A stretch of 63,835 nt of DNA, the filler included, from Lenisia limosa (taxonomy: Eukaryota; Protista; Breviatea): NCBI GenBank assembly GCA_001655205.1. It is 11 parts of 11 records of this genome, joined end to end, with 100 filler letters (N's around TTAATTAATTAA, not from the genome) between each part and the next. Parts side by side here need not be neighbours in the genome. Positions count along the whole stretch, not along the records: positions 1 to 8,734 come from LPNZ01003694.1; positions 8,835 to 19,754 come from LPNZ01007812.1; 9 more parts are not named here. One strand, given 5' to 3'. Below are positions 1 to 14,200 of this stretch, in pieces. The position numbers were made by a program, and so were the translations under genes. The notes beneath the pieces were generated by a model that did no database searches, had not been told where the DNA came from, and saw only the letters and a program-made list of their open reading frames with translations. Every line of letters starts with the position of its first letter. Within the stretch, counting starts at the first letter, position 1.

Positions 1-184
1 TATCCTTTGACTCTAACCTCAACGCCATGGGATGGGTTCTTCTTCTTGTACTCCTCTTCATAGTACTAAACCAGTAAAATCAAACTCTCAAACAGAAACG
101 CTCAAGAAGATGGCAAACCTTTCCTATTTTTGACGAATGGGATCTTGTCACACGGGCAGAGGTATAAATAAAAAGGACCTTCAT
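1..184 (-). CDS. azoR: FMN-dependent NADH-azoreductase (Flavodoxin_2 fold) paralog, 5' part only (runs off the window)
   Basis: Spliced translation MKVLFIYTSARVTRSHSSKIGK|YYEEEYKKKNPSHGVE| closely matches the gene at 931 and has GT-AG introns at the same two positions. Confidence 0.75.
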
Positions 185-930
185 TGATAGTAAGAAACAG
201 TTATATGATCAAAGCAAAATGTAAGATGGGATGACTTTCTTGGACAATAATCGAGAACAAAGTGTTAATGTAGTACTTTACTACTTTATATTGTGTAACT
301 ATTGCATCCATAGTGCACTTAAAAGGGGTAATAATACGCAAGGTCGACAGTAAAAGGCGAAACCAAGGAATTATAATAGTTGATATTTACTAAAGATTTC
401 ATAATATTTTCTTGTTATTAATATTAATTAGGGATTGTATTGTCTTATTTTAACATATTACAATAACTCACATCCAGTCATTAACAACACTAGAATCACT
501 AAGTGCTACAAATAGATTTGAATAGCATTACCAATGTATTTTTTATATTATTAAAGTTTTTATTTAAAAAAGCAAGGAATAAGCTATTTTAGAAACAATA
601 TTGTCTATAATTATCCAGTCAAGTATTTAAAAATTTATATTATGATAATTGACTAACATATAACTGACGGATTAAAGATAATATATCCAATATATGAACA
701 TTTATGATTTATTAACATACATAATAACTCTGAAAATGTTTTTAAATAATGATTGCATTTGACTAAGAGGATTTGGAAAATTCTCTGTCGCCAGATCTCC
801 TTGACGTCCATTTTTAAGTACACTAGGCTTTTAATTTATTAATAATTGATTAATAACCAGTATATAACAAACTAAATTATATACAGCAGTTCACCCCACC
901 ACAATCACATCAGCAATCAGTCAGCCAGTC

Positions 931-2090
931 ATGTCTATGAATGTTTTATTCATTTACACTTCCGGGCGGGTTGAAAGATCTAAGTCTAACCAACTTGGGA
1001 AGGTATGATTGGGTGAAGCTTATTGAATGATGATGATGATATTTTTTTTGCAATAGAGGTTGTTCTAACCTTCTCACCTGTAGTACTATGAGGAGGAGTA
1101 CAAGAAGCACCATCCTTCCCACAATGTTGAGGTATGTACATTTAATATATCGAGTAAATGTTTTAAAATTCTAATTTGTTTAGACTATCAACCTTTACGA
1201 GAAGCATTTACCTATTTTAACTGAAAATGTATTGAATGGTCAGTCGAATTTGCTTGTTGAGTTCATAATTCACCTCAATCTTATTATCCTCATCGTTACC
1301 ATATTTAGGGCGTTTCAAGGACGGCACTGATGGTGTGTTCAGCGAGGAAGAAAAAGCTGAGTGGAAAGTATGAGGGGAATATGCTTCTTTGTTTAACACT
1401 TGGGTGAATTGTTGTAATGTCACTTTAGGTTGTGAAAGATATGTCACTCTGGTTTGCCAAATTTGACAAGGTTGTCGTGTCCACTCCAATGGTACGCTGT
1501 AATGGTTGCCTGTACGATTTATTTGATACCACCAGTCAATATTCTGTCACCATCCAGTATAACTTTGGACCTCCTGGAATTCTGAAGCAGTTTTTTGACG
1601 TGGTTATCCAGCAAAACATTACCATCAACTACTTTACACCACTTCTGACCAATATGAGGATGCATGTCATGTGAGGGGTCGCTTTTGCCTTTAACGGCTT
1701 ATTCATATGTTGTTGGCCTACTAACATTGTCTAGTGTTGCATCCGCAGGTGATTACACCAAATCTTCATGGGATAGTTTGTGGGACTAATGATCACAATT
1801 GACAAATGCAACAGACGCCCTGAAACCTATTACTTATCATATTTCTAGGCCTCAAGCCAGGCATGAACACCATTTGCAAGTTTATGACTGGTCGTGAAGC
1901 TGAATTTATTGACTTTGTTGTAAGAGGGCTTGTTGGATATATTCATTTTTTTTATGTATTTGACTTGGGTGTAATCTTTATTATGGTTCTCCTCTCACAG
2001 TCCCAGGGAACCATGAGCGCAGGTGTCGAAGAAAGAGCAGCAATGCATAAGAAAACCATTGACAAATGGATTCTGGAGGTTGTCGTCTAA
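931..2090 (+). CDS. azoR: FMN-dependent NADH-azoreductase / NADH:quinone oxidoreductase (AzoR/AcpD family), 8 GT-AG introns
   Basis: Manual splicing gives MSMNVLFIYTSGRVERSKSNQLGKYYEEEYKKHHPSHNVETINLYEKHLP...FDKVVVSTPMYNFGPPGILKQFFDVVIQQNITINY...KKTIDKWILEVVV*. The N-terminal S-x-R-x-x-x-S-x-S segment and the PMYNF...LK..FD motif are typical of bacterial AzoR. Confidence 0.8.
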
Positions 2091-2488
2091 TTTTTTGTTG
2101 AATTGTATTTGTCGTAGGTCTCTGTATTATCCGCAGTTGTAACTGATTTCATGTTTAATTTTGATAGATTTATTATGTGACTATCTGTTGCCTTATTCGA
2201 ATTTATGTATGCGTTGATGAGGCATATTACGTTAATCTGATGAAGATATATCAAAAAGTGAGCATTATTTAGCACAAAACAAAACACCTTCATTCCGTTG
2301 TGGGTAAAAAAAAAACAAAGAGTTCATCAATCCTGGCGTTTACTCAGTTTGTTTCTTGAGGGCGAAGCAGTGCTCTAGAATGATTAGCAAAATGAAGGTA
2401 CAAAAGATGAAAGTTGCAAAAACTGAAAGAGGGGGGGGGGGATTTTACTAATAGATATCATATTCAGAATAGCACAGTTGGCTAACCT

Positions 2489-3114
2489 TTAGGAAGAAGT
2501 GGAGGTAGAGACAGGGTCAGAAGGACCCATGGTGAAAGCCCAAGATACGGCGACCTCTTGTCCAAGAAGATCCTTTCCGTCAACAGTCTGGATGGCCTCC
2601 ATGGCTTCAGCCTTAGTGGCGTACTCAATAAGAGCATAACCCTAAGCAATAAAAGAGAGCATTTAGCATGAAAGTAGTTCAGAAGACAGCATTGACATTT
2701 ATTAAGAGAGCATCCATATTATTCATACCTTCACAAAACCGGACTTTCTGTCAATGTTGAGGTGAAGGTTCTTCACTTCACCAGCATCAGAAAAGAGATC
2801 AGTAATATCTTCCTCAGTTGATTCGGCGTGGATGTTAGTAGCCATAATGACCCATCCTTCGACCGCTAAAGAATATTAAAACAAAATGATATCTCAAAAA
2901 AGCTGAGGAGGGAGAAGGAGGCCACAAGGAACGCAATGTGAAAAAAAAAAAGTCCCACAAATCCATTTGCTTGCTCTTTTCCTCACGTACATTTCATTGG
3001 TCCATACTGTTCTTCTAAAATGTAAGAATTGGAGAAAACAACGGTTAATGAGAAAATTTCTAAAAGAGGACCCTGAACGCATTGGTTTTACTCACCTCTT
3101 CCACGTCCTGCCAT
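2489..3114 (-). CDS. RBM8A: RNA-binding protein 8A / Y14 (exon junction complex), 3 introns
   Basis: Spliced product ...[57 protein letters not shown]...QEVAVSWAF matches the Y14 RRM signature (GPxxSVEGW, [18 protein letters not shown]). Confidence 0.93.
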
Positions 3115-3530
3115 CTTGTTGCTAGATTAGAGGAAGATTTATGAAAAAATAATTCTAAAAAAGCGCCTCTACACTAGTAACACCAGTTACAGTTTTTAAG
3201 AGACTAATTGGGTGACCTATATGAACTGAACTTTTGCCTTTTTATATTTTTTTTTTTCAAATTTTCTCTCCTTTTATTGCATAGTTTTGCTAACGTTAGA
3301 CGAGGTGCGTTTTTGCAACATTTTGTTTATGTTGTTTGAAGACGTTAACTGAGGACTCTTCCTGGTATTTCTTTGTAAAGATCAGAGTCTTAGATTTACT
3401 CTAAGACATTCTTTATGGCTGTCTTATTGTATTGGCGGCGTCTGTGCTTTGTAAAGGATGGATCTAGGGAACGTCCCAGTTGACTCTTCATCTACTGTTG
3501 ATGTTGATGATTCTGTGTTTTCTTTTCTAA

Positions 3531-4058
<528 letters not shown>

Positions 4059-4315
4059 ACTGTATATTTTCATTAATATACTTTACTTGCGAGAATCAGG
4101 TTTTTTGGTTGTGTTTGAATCAAATATTATTATAAGTCACATTTGAACGAACGGTCAGGTCAATTCACCCCTGTAAACGTAATCTATCAACATCATTCTG
4201 ATGCTAGTCTATAGTCTGTCATTATTATCCCTGTTCAGTTGCGTTGATTACAATTTTCCTTTTGTAAAATCAAGTATTAAATAAAATCAGTCAGAAAGAT
4301 TAAAAAGCAGCCAAA

Positions 4316-5817
4316 TTAAAGGGTTCTCTTGAGAGCAGTGAGGGTGTTTTGCATGAGAATGGCAATGGTCATTGGACCAACTCCTCCAGGAACAGGGGTG
4401 ATCTGAGAGGCAACTTCCTGGAAATAGTGAGTGGCGAAAGATGAAATCCCATTAAGAAGTGAGAACTACTGGAGGGGGGGGGGGTTCAAGAGATCTTCTC
4501 ACTTTGCAGGAGTTGTAGTCACAATCACCACAGAGTCTGTAGCCGCGCTTCGCAGTTGGGTCATCAACACTGTTGATGCCAACATCAATGACAACGGCAC
4601 CCTTCTTGAGCCATTCACCCTATATGGTAAGTACACCACATACAGGTCCATGAGTTAAGATGGTTTTTATCATGTCATTTTGTCATACCTTAACAAAGTT
4701 GGCGCGTCCAATAGCGGCCACGACAATGTCAGCCTCACGGACAACAGAGCCAATATCCTGATAAATAAGAAGACAGCATTTCAGATATAACAGCATCACA
4801 TTATATCAACCGGCTTTACCTGGGTCTTGGAGTGGCAGATAGTGACGGTGGCATCAGCGTTGTTAAGGAGCATGGCCATGGGGATACCAACAATACCAGA
4901 TCGTCCAATGACAACAGCTCTCTTTCCTGGAGGGTGATTGAAAGCAATAATAATAAAAATAATACTAATAATAAAATCGCATACTTCCATCAAAGGAATA
5001 AGCGCACCGTGCTATTAACTTTCCGCCTACCCTTAGTTTCAACACCAGATCTCTTGAGGAGCTCCATACAACCAGTAGGAGTGCAAGCGGTGAAGAAAGG
5101 CTCGCGGTCCTTGATGGCAAGGAGCCCAACATTGATGGGGTCGAAGCCATCAACATCCTTCTCAACTGAGATCTAGGGGGGGGGGGNNNNNNNNNNNNNN
5201 NNNNNNNNNNNNNNNNNNNNNNNNNNNNNNNNNNNNNNNNNNNNNNNNNNNNNNNNNNNNNNNNNNNNNNTAGCTCTGGTATCCCGCTTACCAGTTCAAG
5301 AACAGACTTCTCGTTGACACCATCAGGGAGGGGAAGTTGTACGAGAATGCCATGGATAGCAGGGTTGTTATTGAGCTCGCGAACAGCATCCTTGATCTGA
5401 ACAGATTAAGAGAAAAGAAAGTTCTAGAACATCTCAAGTAAGGGCCAAAAGAGCAGTAATATCTTTGATTGTGCCTATGAAATGGATTATTTCAAATCAG
5501 CAAGAAACATACTACCCAAAAGGAAGAGAAAGGGGACAAACCTGTTCTTCGGAGGCGTCACCGGGAAGCTTAACATCAGTAACTTCGATGCCACACTCAT
5601 CACAGGCCTTCTTCTTGGAGCGAACGTAGGTAGCTGAGTCAACACGTCTAATATGGTAAAAAAAAATCTTTTCGGGAAAGTTGTTTGCCTACTCTCCAAC
5701 AAGAACCACAGCAAGTCCGGGGGATTTTCCGCACTTCTCCTTCAGAGCAGCAACTTCCTCCTTAACCTCAGAGCGAACAAGGGCAGCAATTGCCTTTCCG
5801 TCGATGTTAGTCGCCAT
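4316..5817 (-). CDS. folD: Bifunctional methylenetetrahydrofolate dehydrogenase/cyclohydrolase (FolD-like), multi-exon, N gap inside
   Basis: Exons translate to [100 protein letters not shown] and [21 protein letters not shown]. Confidence 0.95.
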
Positions 5818-6110
5818 AGTTAACAATTATTGGGGTTGAAAAAAAGAGAAAAAAAACCATCTTCTGCCACTCTTATATTTATCGTAATATATCGAAAAAT
5901 TTATCGAATATTTGTATTGTTTGCTTTTTGCAAGTTCTGCCATGAAAACAGCAATATTGCAATAAAAATAAAAAGCAGTACTGCAATATTATCCAAAGGT
6001 GAAGTGCTTTCTAAGTTTTTTTTTTAGGGAAGCGTTTTCCATCTTCTTTGACACCTGGCTTCATGCATTCATAAATAAATATTGAGTTAGAGTTTATCTG
6101 ATTGGTCCAC

Positions 6111-8042
6111 ATGCCCCGTCGACTCTCCCCTCAAGCTAAGGGGTCAAAGCCCCACTCCCCTTCACGGAGATCATCAAGTCCCGGTTTGTTCCGAGACTCA
6201 GGCAGAGGTACGTCATCCCCAACGACAAGGTCTCGAGCACGTTCGGAAGTGTCGTCATTGACCTCATCGGCGGGTCTTGGTGGCAGCCAGCAGCCAGGAT
6301 ACCTACAGTCTACTTCAGCGTCCAGGGCTCGGATGCTGACGAAGGAGAACATCGGCTCGCTACTCGTAAATGAAGCTCTTCTGTTTGAGTGTGCTCTTCA
6401 AACCGAAAAGGCTATTGCTGAGTTCGTCATTAGGGGTTTGTGGAAAGGGGTATGTTGCATGAGTATGTACACGGTTAAACAGAGTAGAGTTGTACAGTTT
6501 CATTTTTATTTCTCAGAAAAGGAGTTTACACGTGATTTGCAGTTTAAGCAAGAGCAAAGGGAGCAGATCGAAGAGAGTATTGGAGATATTGTAGGGGTAC
6601 AGATCATTTTCACAATATTTAGTCACTTTTGTTTTTTACGGTTCGTCCATATGTTTGAAATAGGATTGGTGGTACTTTGACAAAGATGGGTGTATCGTGA
6701 ATTCTCAAACGATCTGGACCATGTTTATTCCTTCAGACGAACCATCGTAATGCTCTGGCGCAAGCCCACTATATGCAGTCGGGTGAGGAGCTTGGCATTA
6801 GCCTGAAGAAGGACTATCTCAAGAGTCTTGGTAGGCTCGCTTGTTTTTTATTTTAGTTAATAGAGCCACCCCCCCCCCCCNNNNNNNNNNNNNNNNNNNN
6901 NNNNNNNNNNNNNNNNNNNNNNNNNNNNNNNNNNNNNNNNNNNNNNNNNNNNNNNNNNNNNNNNNNNNNNNNNNAGACATCAGAAATTTGGCATTTACGT
7001 TCTCAGAGTCAGTGCCACCTATGGCACCAGTGCTGGACCCCCTCAAGTCCACATGGCAACAGTATAAGGATCGTGTCACAACGCTGCGCATCAAAGAGCG
7101 TTTGGCAATAGACGTTGGGGGGTCAGCTTGGAGCTTAGTCTTAGACTATTTTTTTGTTTCAAATATTTAACGAAATGAACCAGAAAGAATATATAGATAT
7201 GTGACGATATGTATTATTTATGATAATTCATTTTTAAATTACAGCGCTGTGTATTACTAAGCAATCCTCACACTCAATATCTCCTATAAGCGTGATGTGT
7301 AGACAGCTTCGGCCAAATACTATCTAGTATACATATATTTTATTATTTTGCACTATCTTGTTTTGTTAACATGGGCGTGATGACACAGGAGATATCTCGG
7401 ACATCCTCAAGAAGGATGAGTGACTTGTGCACATCCCTTGTTGACAGCCAGCGTCAGAAGTCCAAGCAGAAAGTCGCCCTCCGCCATCGTCGAAAGGTCT
7501 GTTCCAAGGCCGCACTTTTGCATGCCTTGTTTTCGCACAAAGAATTGGTGTACTCACAACTCGCAGATTGAAGAAGCGTTTATTCTAGGCCCCGGCCCGG
7601 TGAAATATTTCGAAATCCACAGCCCCCCAGAGACCCCCACTGACCCCTTTTCTTTACCTTTCTTACAGTATGCAAAGTGGACTTTGTAAAAATCCTCCTT
7701 TTTGTACAGCTTTTGTTTTGCTTGTGACGCAGCTAATGACGTTGGCCTGACAGCCCCTATTGGAATGGCCAAACTCTAACAGCTTTCAGAACAAAATTCA
7801 AAGCTTCATCATCAACGTCGTCTCTTGGAATGGTAATCACCTCTCCCGAACCCTCACCCACTACCCAGGTTTGGGGGGAAGTGGCTGGTTGAAAATAGCA
7901 TCTTCTCAAGTTTGCATCACAACTCTATTGTTCTGCTAGAGTTGATATCGCGGTACATCTACCAGCGTACATTTCCGGTCTCTCTTTTGAGCTGAAGCGT
8001 ATTGATGAACCTTTCTTATTTGAGAAATGGAAAGCACTCAGT
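6111..8042 (+). CDS. Hypothetical multi-exon protein (Ser/Arg-rich N-terminus); exon chain uncertain, may be more than one gene
   Basis: Long first exon MPRRLSPQAKGSKPHSPSRR...EFVIRGLWKG ends at a GTATGT donor. Further protein-like exons such as HLLKFASQLYCSARVDIAVHLPAYISGLSFELKRIDEPFLFEKWKALS follow. No family recognised. Confidence 0.4.
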
Positions 8043-8734
8043 NNNNNNNNNNNNNNNNNNNNNNNNNNNNNNNNNNNNNNNNNNNNNNNNNNNNNNNNNN
8101 NNNNNNNNNNNNNNNNNNNNNNNNNNNNNNNNNNNNTGGTTCACCAATTTTCCAATTTTACTCCCCCCCCCCTCCCCCAGAAGCACGGACCTTCTCTCCC
8201 AACACACCCAGAGGAGTCACCGTCTGCGATAACCCCAAATCAACCAGCACAGCCTGAGCTGGAGCCAGTGAAAGGGCCGGAACTGGTACCAGAACCTAGC
8301 ATAGCCCAAGGTTGGCTCTTTGGTTGATTGTTACAAACACGTTGACGTTTGGGATGGCTGAGATTGAATTGGTGATTTTGCTGTATATTGTTCCGAAGAA
8401 ATCATGATGGGTATGTATTTTATGTTTACTAACACATGCATCTGAGTCATTACCCCTCCCCTTATTCCTTTCTGTGTAATTTCCCAGAGTTACCGAAGCC
8501 ATCAGAGACAGTCCCAATGGAACCTGTACCAGTGCAAACACCCGAGCCTGTTCCTGCCTCAGTTACCAGCCCCGTTATCAGGTCCCTTCCGCCCCAAGGT
8601 GTGTTTGGCTGCTTGCGGTGAGTGTTTGGCTGCTTCTTGAGGTGTGTGTTTGGTTTGAGGAGTTTATCCACGCGGAAAGCTGTGTGCACAGAGTTGTAAG
8701 GCAAATGATTGGGTGAATTAATACTATACTATAA

Positions 8735-8834
8735 NNNNNNNNNNNNNNNNNNNNNNNNNNNNNNNNNNNNNNNNNNNNTTAATTAATTAANNNNNNNNNN
8801 NNNNNNNNNNNNNNNNNNNNNNNNNNNNNNNNNN
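8735..8834. other. Artificial contig linker 44N-TTAATTAATTAA-44N (first of 10)
   Basis: The same 12-mer (stops in all six frames) lies between N runs at 8779, 19799, 29279, 32407, 36772, 41608, 48561, 52803, 60264 and 62454. Confidence 0.97.
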
Positions 8835-11023
8835 GGCGTCCTTGAGGGCAGCAATGGTACTTTCGATTTGCGTGGCGTTGACAACCACTTGCCGCACTTC
8901 AACTGCAGGAATGAAAACTCGGAATGAATCATCATACCATAGCATATGACATGATTACATAGAAAAACTCACAACAGAAGGGATTAAGACAATCAGTAAA
9001 GAGTAATGTGTCATACATGAATTACGTCAAAGATCTTGCAACCGACAATGCTCTGTTGCATTTATATCGTTACACATCATTCCCGATACTACACATCGAT
9101 CTCGTAACATAACTTTCCTCAAGTAAGTAAATTTGGAAACAAAGGAGAGAAAAGCTGAGCTACTATTCTCCTTCGTTGCATTACTATCCATCGAGCGAGA
9201 ATTACATGAAGTATTTTATAAATCAAGGTCATTATGTAATATAGTATAACCCATCCTTAATTAACACTTCCCATAAGGTGTAAATACCCTTGTTACATAC
9301 CCAGATAGGCGTTATTAAATGAAGGTTTCCCGTTGTGGACTGATCGGTACTCCGGGAGCTGAAATGGTCAAAGAAAGTGTCCTCTCAAAATAGAAATGAT
9401 GAGAAGAAGAGATGGAACAATCTCTTATACTTTTGACAGAGGATGATTTCAATACGATGACAGTTTTTTTAAATGAACATCAGCAGTCTTGAACAAAACA
9501 AAACAAAAAATAATCCTTCAGACAAATCGCTAAGACTTTATATGGATAATGAATGAATGTTAAAAGTCAAGCAACAAACTGCTTTCCATAGCGCATAGTG
9601 TACATCCACACAATATGACATTGGACCACCCAGAAGCAAACCTCAAAAATTTGATAAATAAAAATTTCAACTCCAGACATGAGTGTAAAAGACCACCCCT
9701 TCTTGGTGAACTAAAAAGTGAAGCCCTGTTCGTAATGTCACAAGTTTTGAAGGTTTGCATGAATATTGTTTCTATTGCGTATTGTTCACCCCGGGATTCT
9801 GTGCTGCAGAAGCGACTNNNNNNNNNNNNNNNNNNNNNNNNNNNNNNNNNNNNNNNNNNNNNNNNNNNNNNNNNNNNNNNNNNNNNNNNNNNNNNNNNNN
9901 NTTTGTTTCATCAATTCTCCAATTCCCCAGATAGATGTTTTTCTGTTTAACAGCTCCAAACCGGAATAGTACCCTGTCGCAGCTTACATGGGTAATGGGG
10001 CGATATCCAAGACAAATGAAAAACTCGGATGGATCCGAAACAAACTAAATAGGGTGAAAAAGGGGTGAAACAGTGATTCATTTTGTTTCGAAAAAGACCG
10101 ACCAGAACTCCATTTCAGACACTTTCATTTCAAATTTTGTCAATTATTTCTTCAAAAAATTAATTGCACGGAGCCCTAAAAATATCCATATTTTCGAGGA
10201 TTTATCGAAAAATTCAGTCTTTTCCAAACCAAAATCACGCCCAATTCTAATACAGAACCGCCCCACTGTGGATGAGATGTAAAGCCGAACAGACGCCTGC
10301 TTGTACTTCCGCTGCAAACTGCCCAAATTGGCACCACTCCTGTCCCCATCAGAACTGGTTCAAGAACAAGGGTTTTATATGTTATAGGTGAACTCAACTG
10401 TTCAATTGTAGGCTACTCTAGCAGAAAGCTACCACCCCCCCACCATTGTGAAGTGTAGAGATCACAGCTACAGACTGCACGTGTCATCTTTTTGATTCCG
10501 CTCTCAACTGGATGGTTAACAGAAATGTTAATCTCAGTTTACTCCAAGTTTTAGTCCTAGAAGTGGCTCTGCTTTTTTTCAGTTTGTGAAGCGAGCGAGT
10601 GTTTTCCTCAAGAGAAAACTCCGAGTAACAGAAGGAAAACAAACACGTGGGGAAAACAAAGGGGAATTCGAATGTAAAACAAACACTATAGACGAGATAT
10701 TTCAACTTTTTCAGTAGTTTTTCAGGAATAATGCAGTATATTCGTGGAAAAAAGTTGATACGATATCAGCCTATGCTAGACTCCAAAACTCACAAAGGAA
10801 GATATTATGCAGACACAGCCATATACATGTATATATTCCTCTCTTATTGGAGCGAAATATTTTATTTATCACAGGAAGCACCTCCTACTTTTGTGCTGAT
10901 TTTGAATTGCTACCATCTCAAATCGAGTCTCCAAGACGTAGTAATTGGGGTCAAGCACAGTTGTGGAAGACTAAACGATCAGATAATATCGAGCGAATAG
11001 GGGGATGGTAAGGAGTGTAAGTT

Positions 11024-11100
11024 GGGCTTCACTTCGGTTCGAAAAAAATACTAAACTTCTCGATAAATCCTCGAAAACTATCGATATTTTACCAGACTTT
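11024..11100. mobile_element. MITE family A, partial (one TIR plus core)
   Basis: GGGCTTCACTTCGGTTCGAAAAAA...TCTCGATAAATCCTCGAAAACTATCGATATTT. Confidence 0.7.
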
Positions 11101-11219
11101 TGAGATTAAGTTATTTCTGTCTTGGCAAATTCCTTGAAATCAAGCAACACTTATGGTGGTATCCCTTTTTAATTCTTGGTTACATTTCATGTATTTTCTA
11201 GTTTTCAGTCTTTCATGGT

Positions 11220-14200
11220 GACACTCACCTCAGGAACCTGGCTTGAAGGCGGCCGTGAATGCGCCTTCTTATCACCTGAAAATAAGAAGAGAAGAAACGA
11301 TTGAAGAGACCGTATCAGCAGAAGTCTTTCCGATCACAATATTCACATTGAAAATAACACACAGTATATGAGTTGTTATCATAGCTCTAAAAAGTGTAAA
11401 GCAAAATTATTTCCAAAAGGTGTTAGCTTCTACAAGGAACATGGAAACATCAACAACAAAAATAATCATATCTGTAGCTTAGCAATTCAAAAACGATGAC
11501 ATTTTACTGTCAGTATTTCTTCTCTTGATAGAACCCATTATAAGCCCCCTATACCACAACACGCTCTAAGTCTTTGAAGGATGTCTTTCAGTGCAGAAGG
11601 GGGGCAGATTCCTGGTAATATAAATGTGGTTAGCAGATCATATCGAATATCGAATACTCGGGTTTCAAATCAATACGAGTTAGATTTTCGCCATTTGATA
11701 AACATAACCCAGATATATTCGGCCACTTCGGCAGAGGTCAGAGAAGCTGGGAATGCAACGTTGTGACGGAGAAGACATGATCCTACCATAGAGAGCAACC
11801 TCATAGCTCTGCTTATCCGGGGCTGCCATGATAGTAGTCTTGAAGTTCCTCTGTTGTTCTGTTGCTGTTCTGTGCTGCACTACTGGCAGCACTGGCTAGA
11901 GAGCAATTGGAAGAGAGATCTGGGTTGGATTATCAGTGGAACTAGGAGCGTGCTTTTCTTTTTTGCAGTTTTATTAGTTGTTGTTTTATTGTTTTACTAG
12001 TTGTTAGTCTTGTGCAATGGCCAAGGGACCATGATAAAAAAAAAAATCAAATATAAAAGTCGATCAGTAAGATCGTTCGGTCAGGTTGTCATCTTAATTG
12101 TCACTAGTGGGGGTGGGGGTATTCGTGTCTTATGGTAAAACCAAAAAGATGAACTCAATTACCAGGAAACCTTCGGTTGGTGGGTTGGTGAACCTGCAGT
12201 GAACTGTTGAATATATATAATTCATTAAATAAATCAAAACAAACTTCTCAACCAAACACGACCATGTTTCCATGTTAACTACCTGAAACCCCCTAAATAC
12301 TAACACTCAAAAAGGTCTAGTATTGAGATTGAGTGTTCATTGATAATCTCGAGCGCTGGTGTAGATTGGCTGCGAGGTCAAAGGCGGACAAGTTTTATTC
12401 TGGGAGAGATATGCTATGATTATCTCAATGAGATACTACACCCACACACCAACTGAATCATGGTACGTGGCAGGGGCTGAAGTGTCAGAAGAAAAGAGCA
12501 ATAGGTACAATAAAAGGATAAATAGCTGTCCAACACAGTCATGCTTAAAATGGATTTACTATGGATACATACATATATTTTGAGAATACAACCTTATTTT
12601 TTTCTTACTCATTGCAATATTATATCATTATATATTCAGAAGAAAAAAAAAAAGACTCACAGGTTTGGGGCGGGACAAAGACCAATGGCTTCGTTGGGGG
12701 AGCAGTGGAGTGGTAAAGGGGCCTAGAAGATAAGGTTATGGACTCCAAAAAGGGCTCATCTAAAAAGGGAGTGGCAGCGTCTGTAGTTAAAAAATAAAAG
12801 TGGTATTTTTATGAACAAAATTTTTATAATAAAAGGTGAATTTTAGCAACTACAGACGTTTTTTTATAGAGTCACCTGGATCTTTCGTGAATTGGACAGT
12901 AGAAGGAAGGGGAAGGGNNNNNNNNNNNNNNNNNNNNNNNNNNNNNNNNNNNNNNNNNNNNNNNNNNNNNNNNGAAAGACTGTTTGTTGATGGTAGCCCT
13001 ATATAAAAAGAGAAAAGAAAAATAAAACCCCAGGAAGACTGTTTGTGAATGATATCCTCCCTATGTTTTCTTTTGTATCACCAGATTTCTTTTCTTGATC
13101 CCAAAAAAGATCCCCCGCCGCCGACTGTGAGGACCTGAAGGAAGCTCCAAGAGGCTTTGGGAGGTACTTTGACGGCGATGCCATTGTGCGTGACGGCGCA
13201 TGAAGCACGGCGGATGATGCGGCTGGGTCGTTACTAGGGCTTCACTTCGAATCGAAAAATACTGGTGAAATATCGATAGTTTTCGAGGATTTATCGAGAA
13301 ATGCATTTTTCGAACCGAAGTGAAGCCCTAGACGTTACAGTGTCATTAAGTATCACATTCATATGACATGTCCCTATGGTCACAAACAAAAAAGACTGTC
13401 AGAGTCTATTGTCTTGTTCTAATTACTGCCTGTCATGATTTGTATTATAATATCATATGAGCAGCATGTCAAAATTCTACCACAACATTATAAAACATGT
13501 ATTATGTATACATGTGAGAAGCAATGAAAGGATCCGCAAAGCACTCTCAATTTGACACTTACCCGGTCTGACAGCGGCAGAGGGGGGAGGCGGCACAAGT
13601 CCGGCACTCGGCCTGGAAAATAAAATGCTGGTACCCTTTTGACTTCTGTTGTATCTCAAAAAGCGTGTCATGCTTATTAGAAGTAATTTAAATCACCATA
13701 AAGGCTTCTTCAAAAACAAAAAAACATTCAAATGACAGATTTGCCCCAAATAGAAGACTTCAAAGTGCTTGTGTATCTCGTTCTATTGGTCATTGGGAGA
13801 CCGTAATTATAGTGAGTATGTACTCAGTTCACGGTGGTTATAAATCTAGAAATTATTTGGCCTCCTTTTGTATTGCTGTATTCTTTGGCCTCCCTTTGTA
13901 TTGCTGTATTATTTGGCCTCCCTTTGTATTGCTGTATTATTTGGCCTCCCTTTGTATTATCTGCAGTATTGGGACCGACCTGGGAGGTGTGGGAGGGTAG
14001 CGTAGAATAAAGCGTTCTGGGTGAGATGCTGTTACTCCTAGAGAATCAGTAAACGGCTAGGACTATGTCAACTATCCTTGACAAAAAAAACAGTCCACTT
14101 TCATCCCTGTTCAGACTATGGTGTTTTGACCAATATTTATTGCACTTCGGTTCAAAAATAAAAGCTGAAATTCTCGATAAATCCTCGAAAACTATCGATA

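Noticed and set aside
7680-7990. Minus-strand frame open except for TAG codons, hinting at stop-codon reassignment
   Set aside because: The plus strand has a plausible spliced reading. Identified genes end in TAA or TAG at the expected positions and use CAA/CAG for Gln.
8779-8790. Recurrent TTAATTAATTAA as a biological motif or array repeat
   Set aside because: Always embedded in 44+44 N, so it is an assembly linker.
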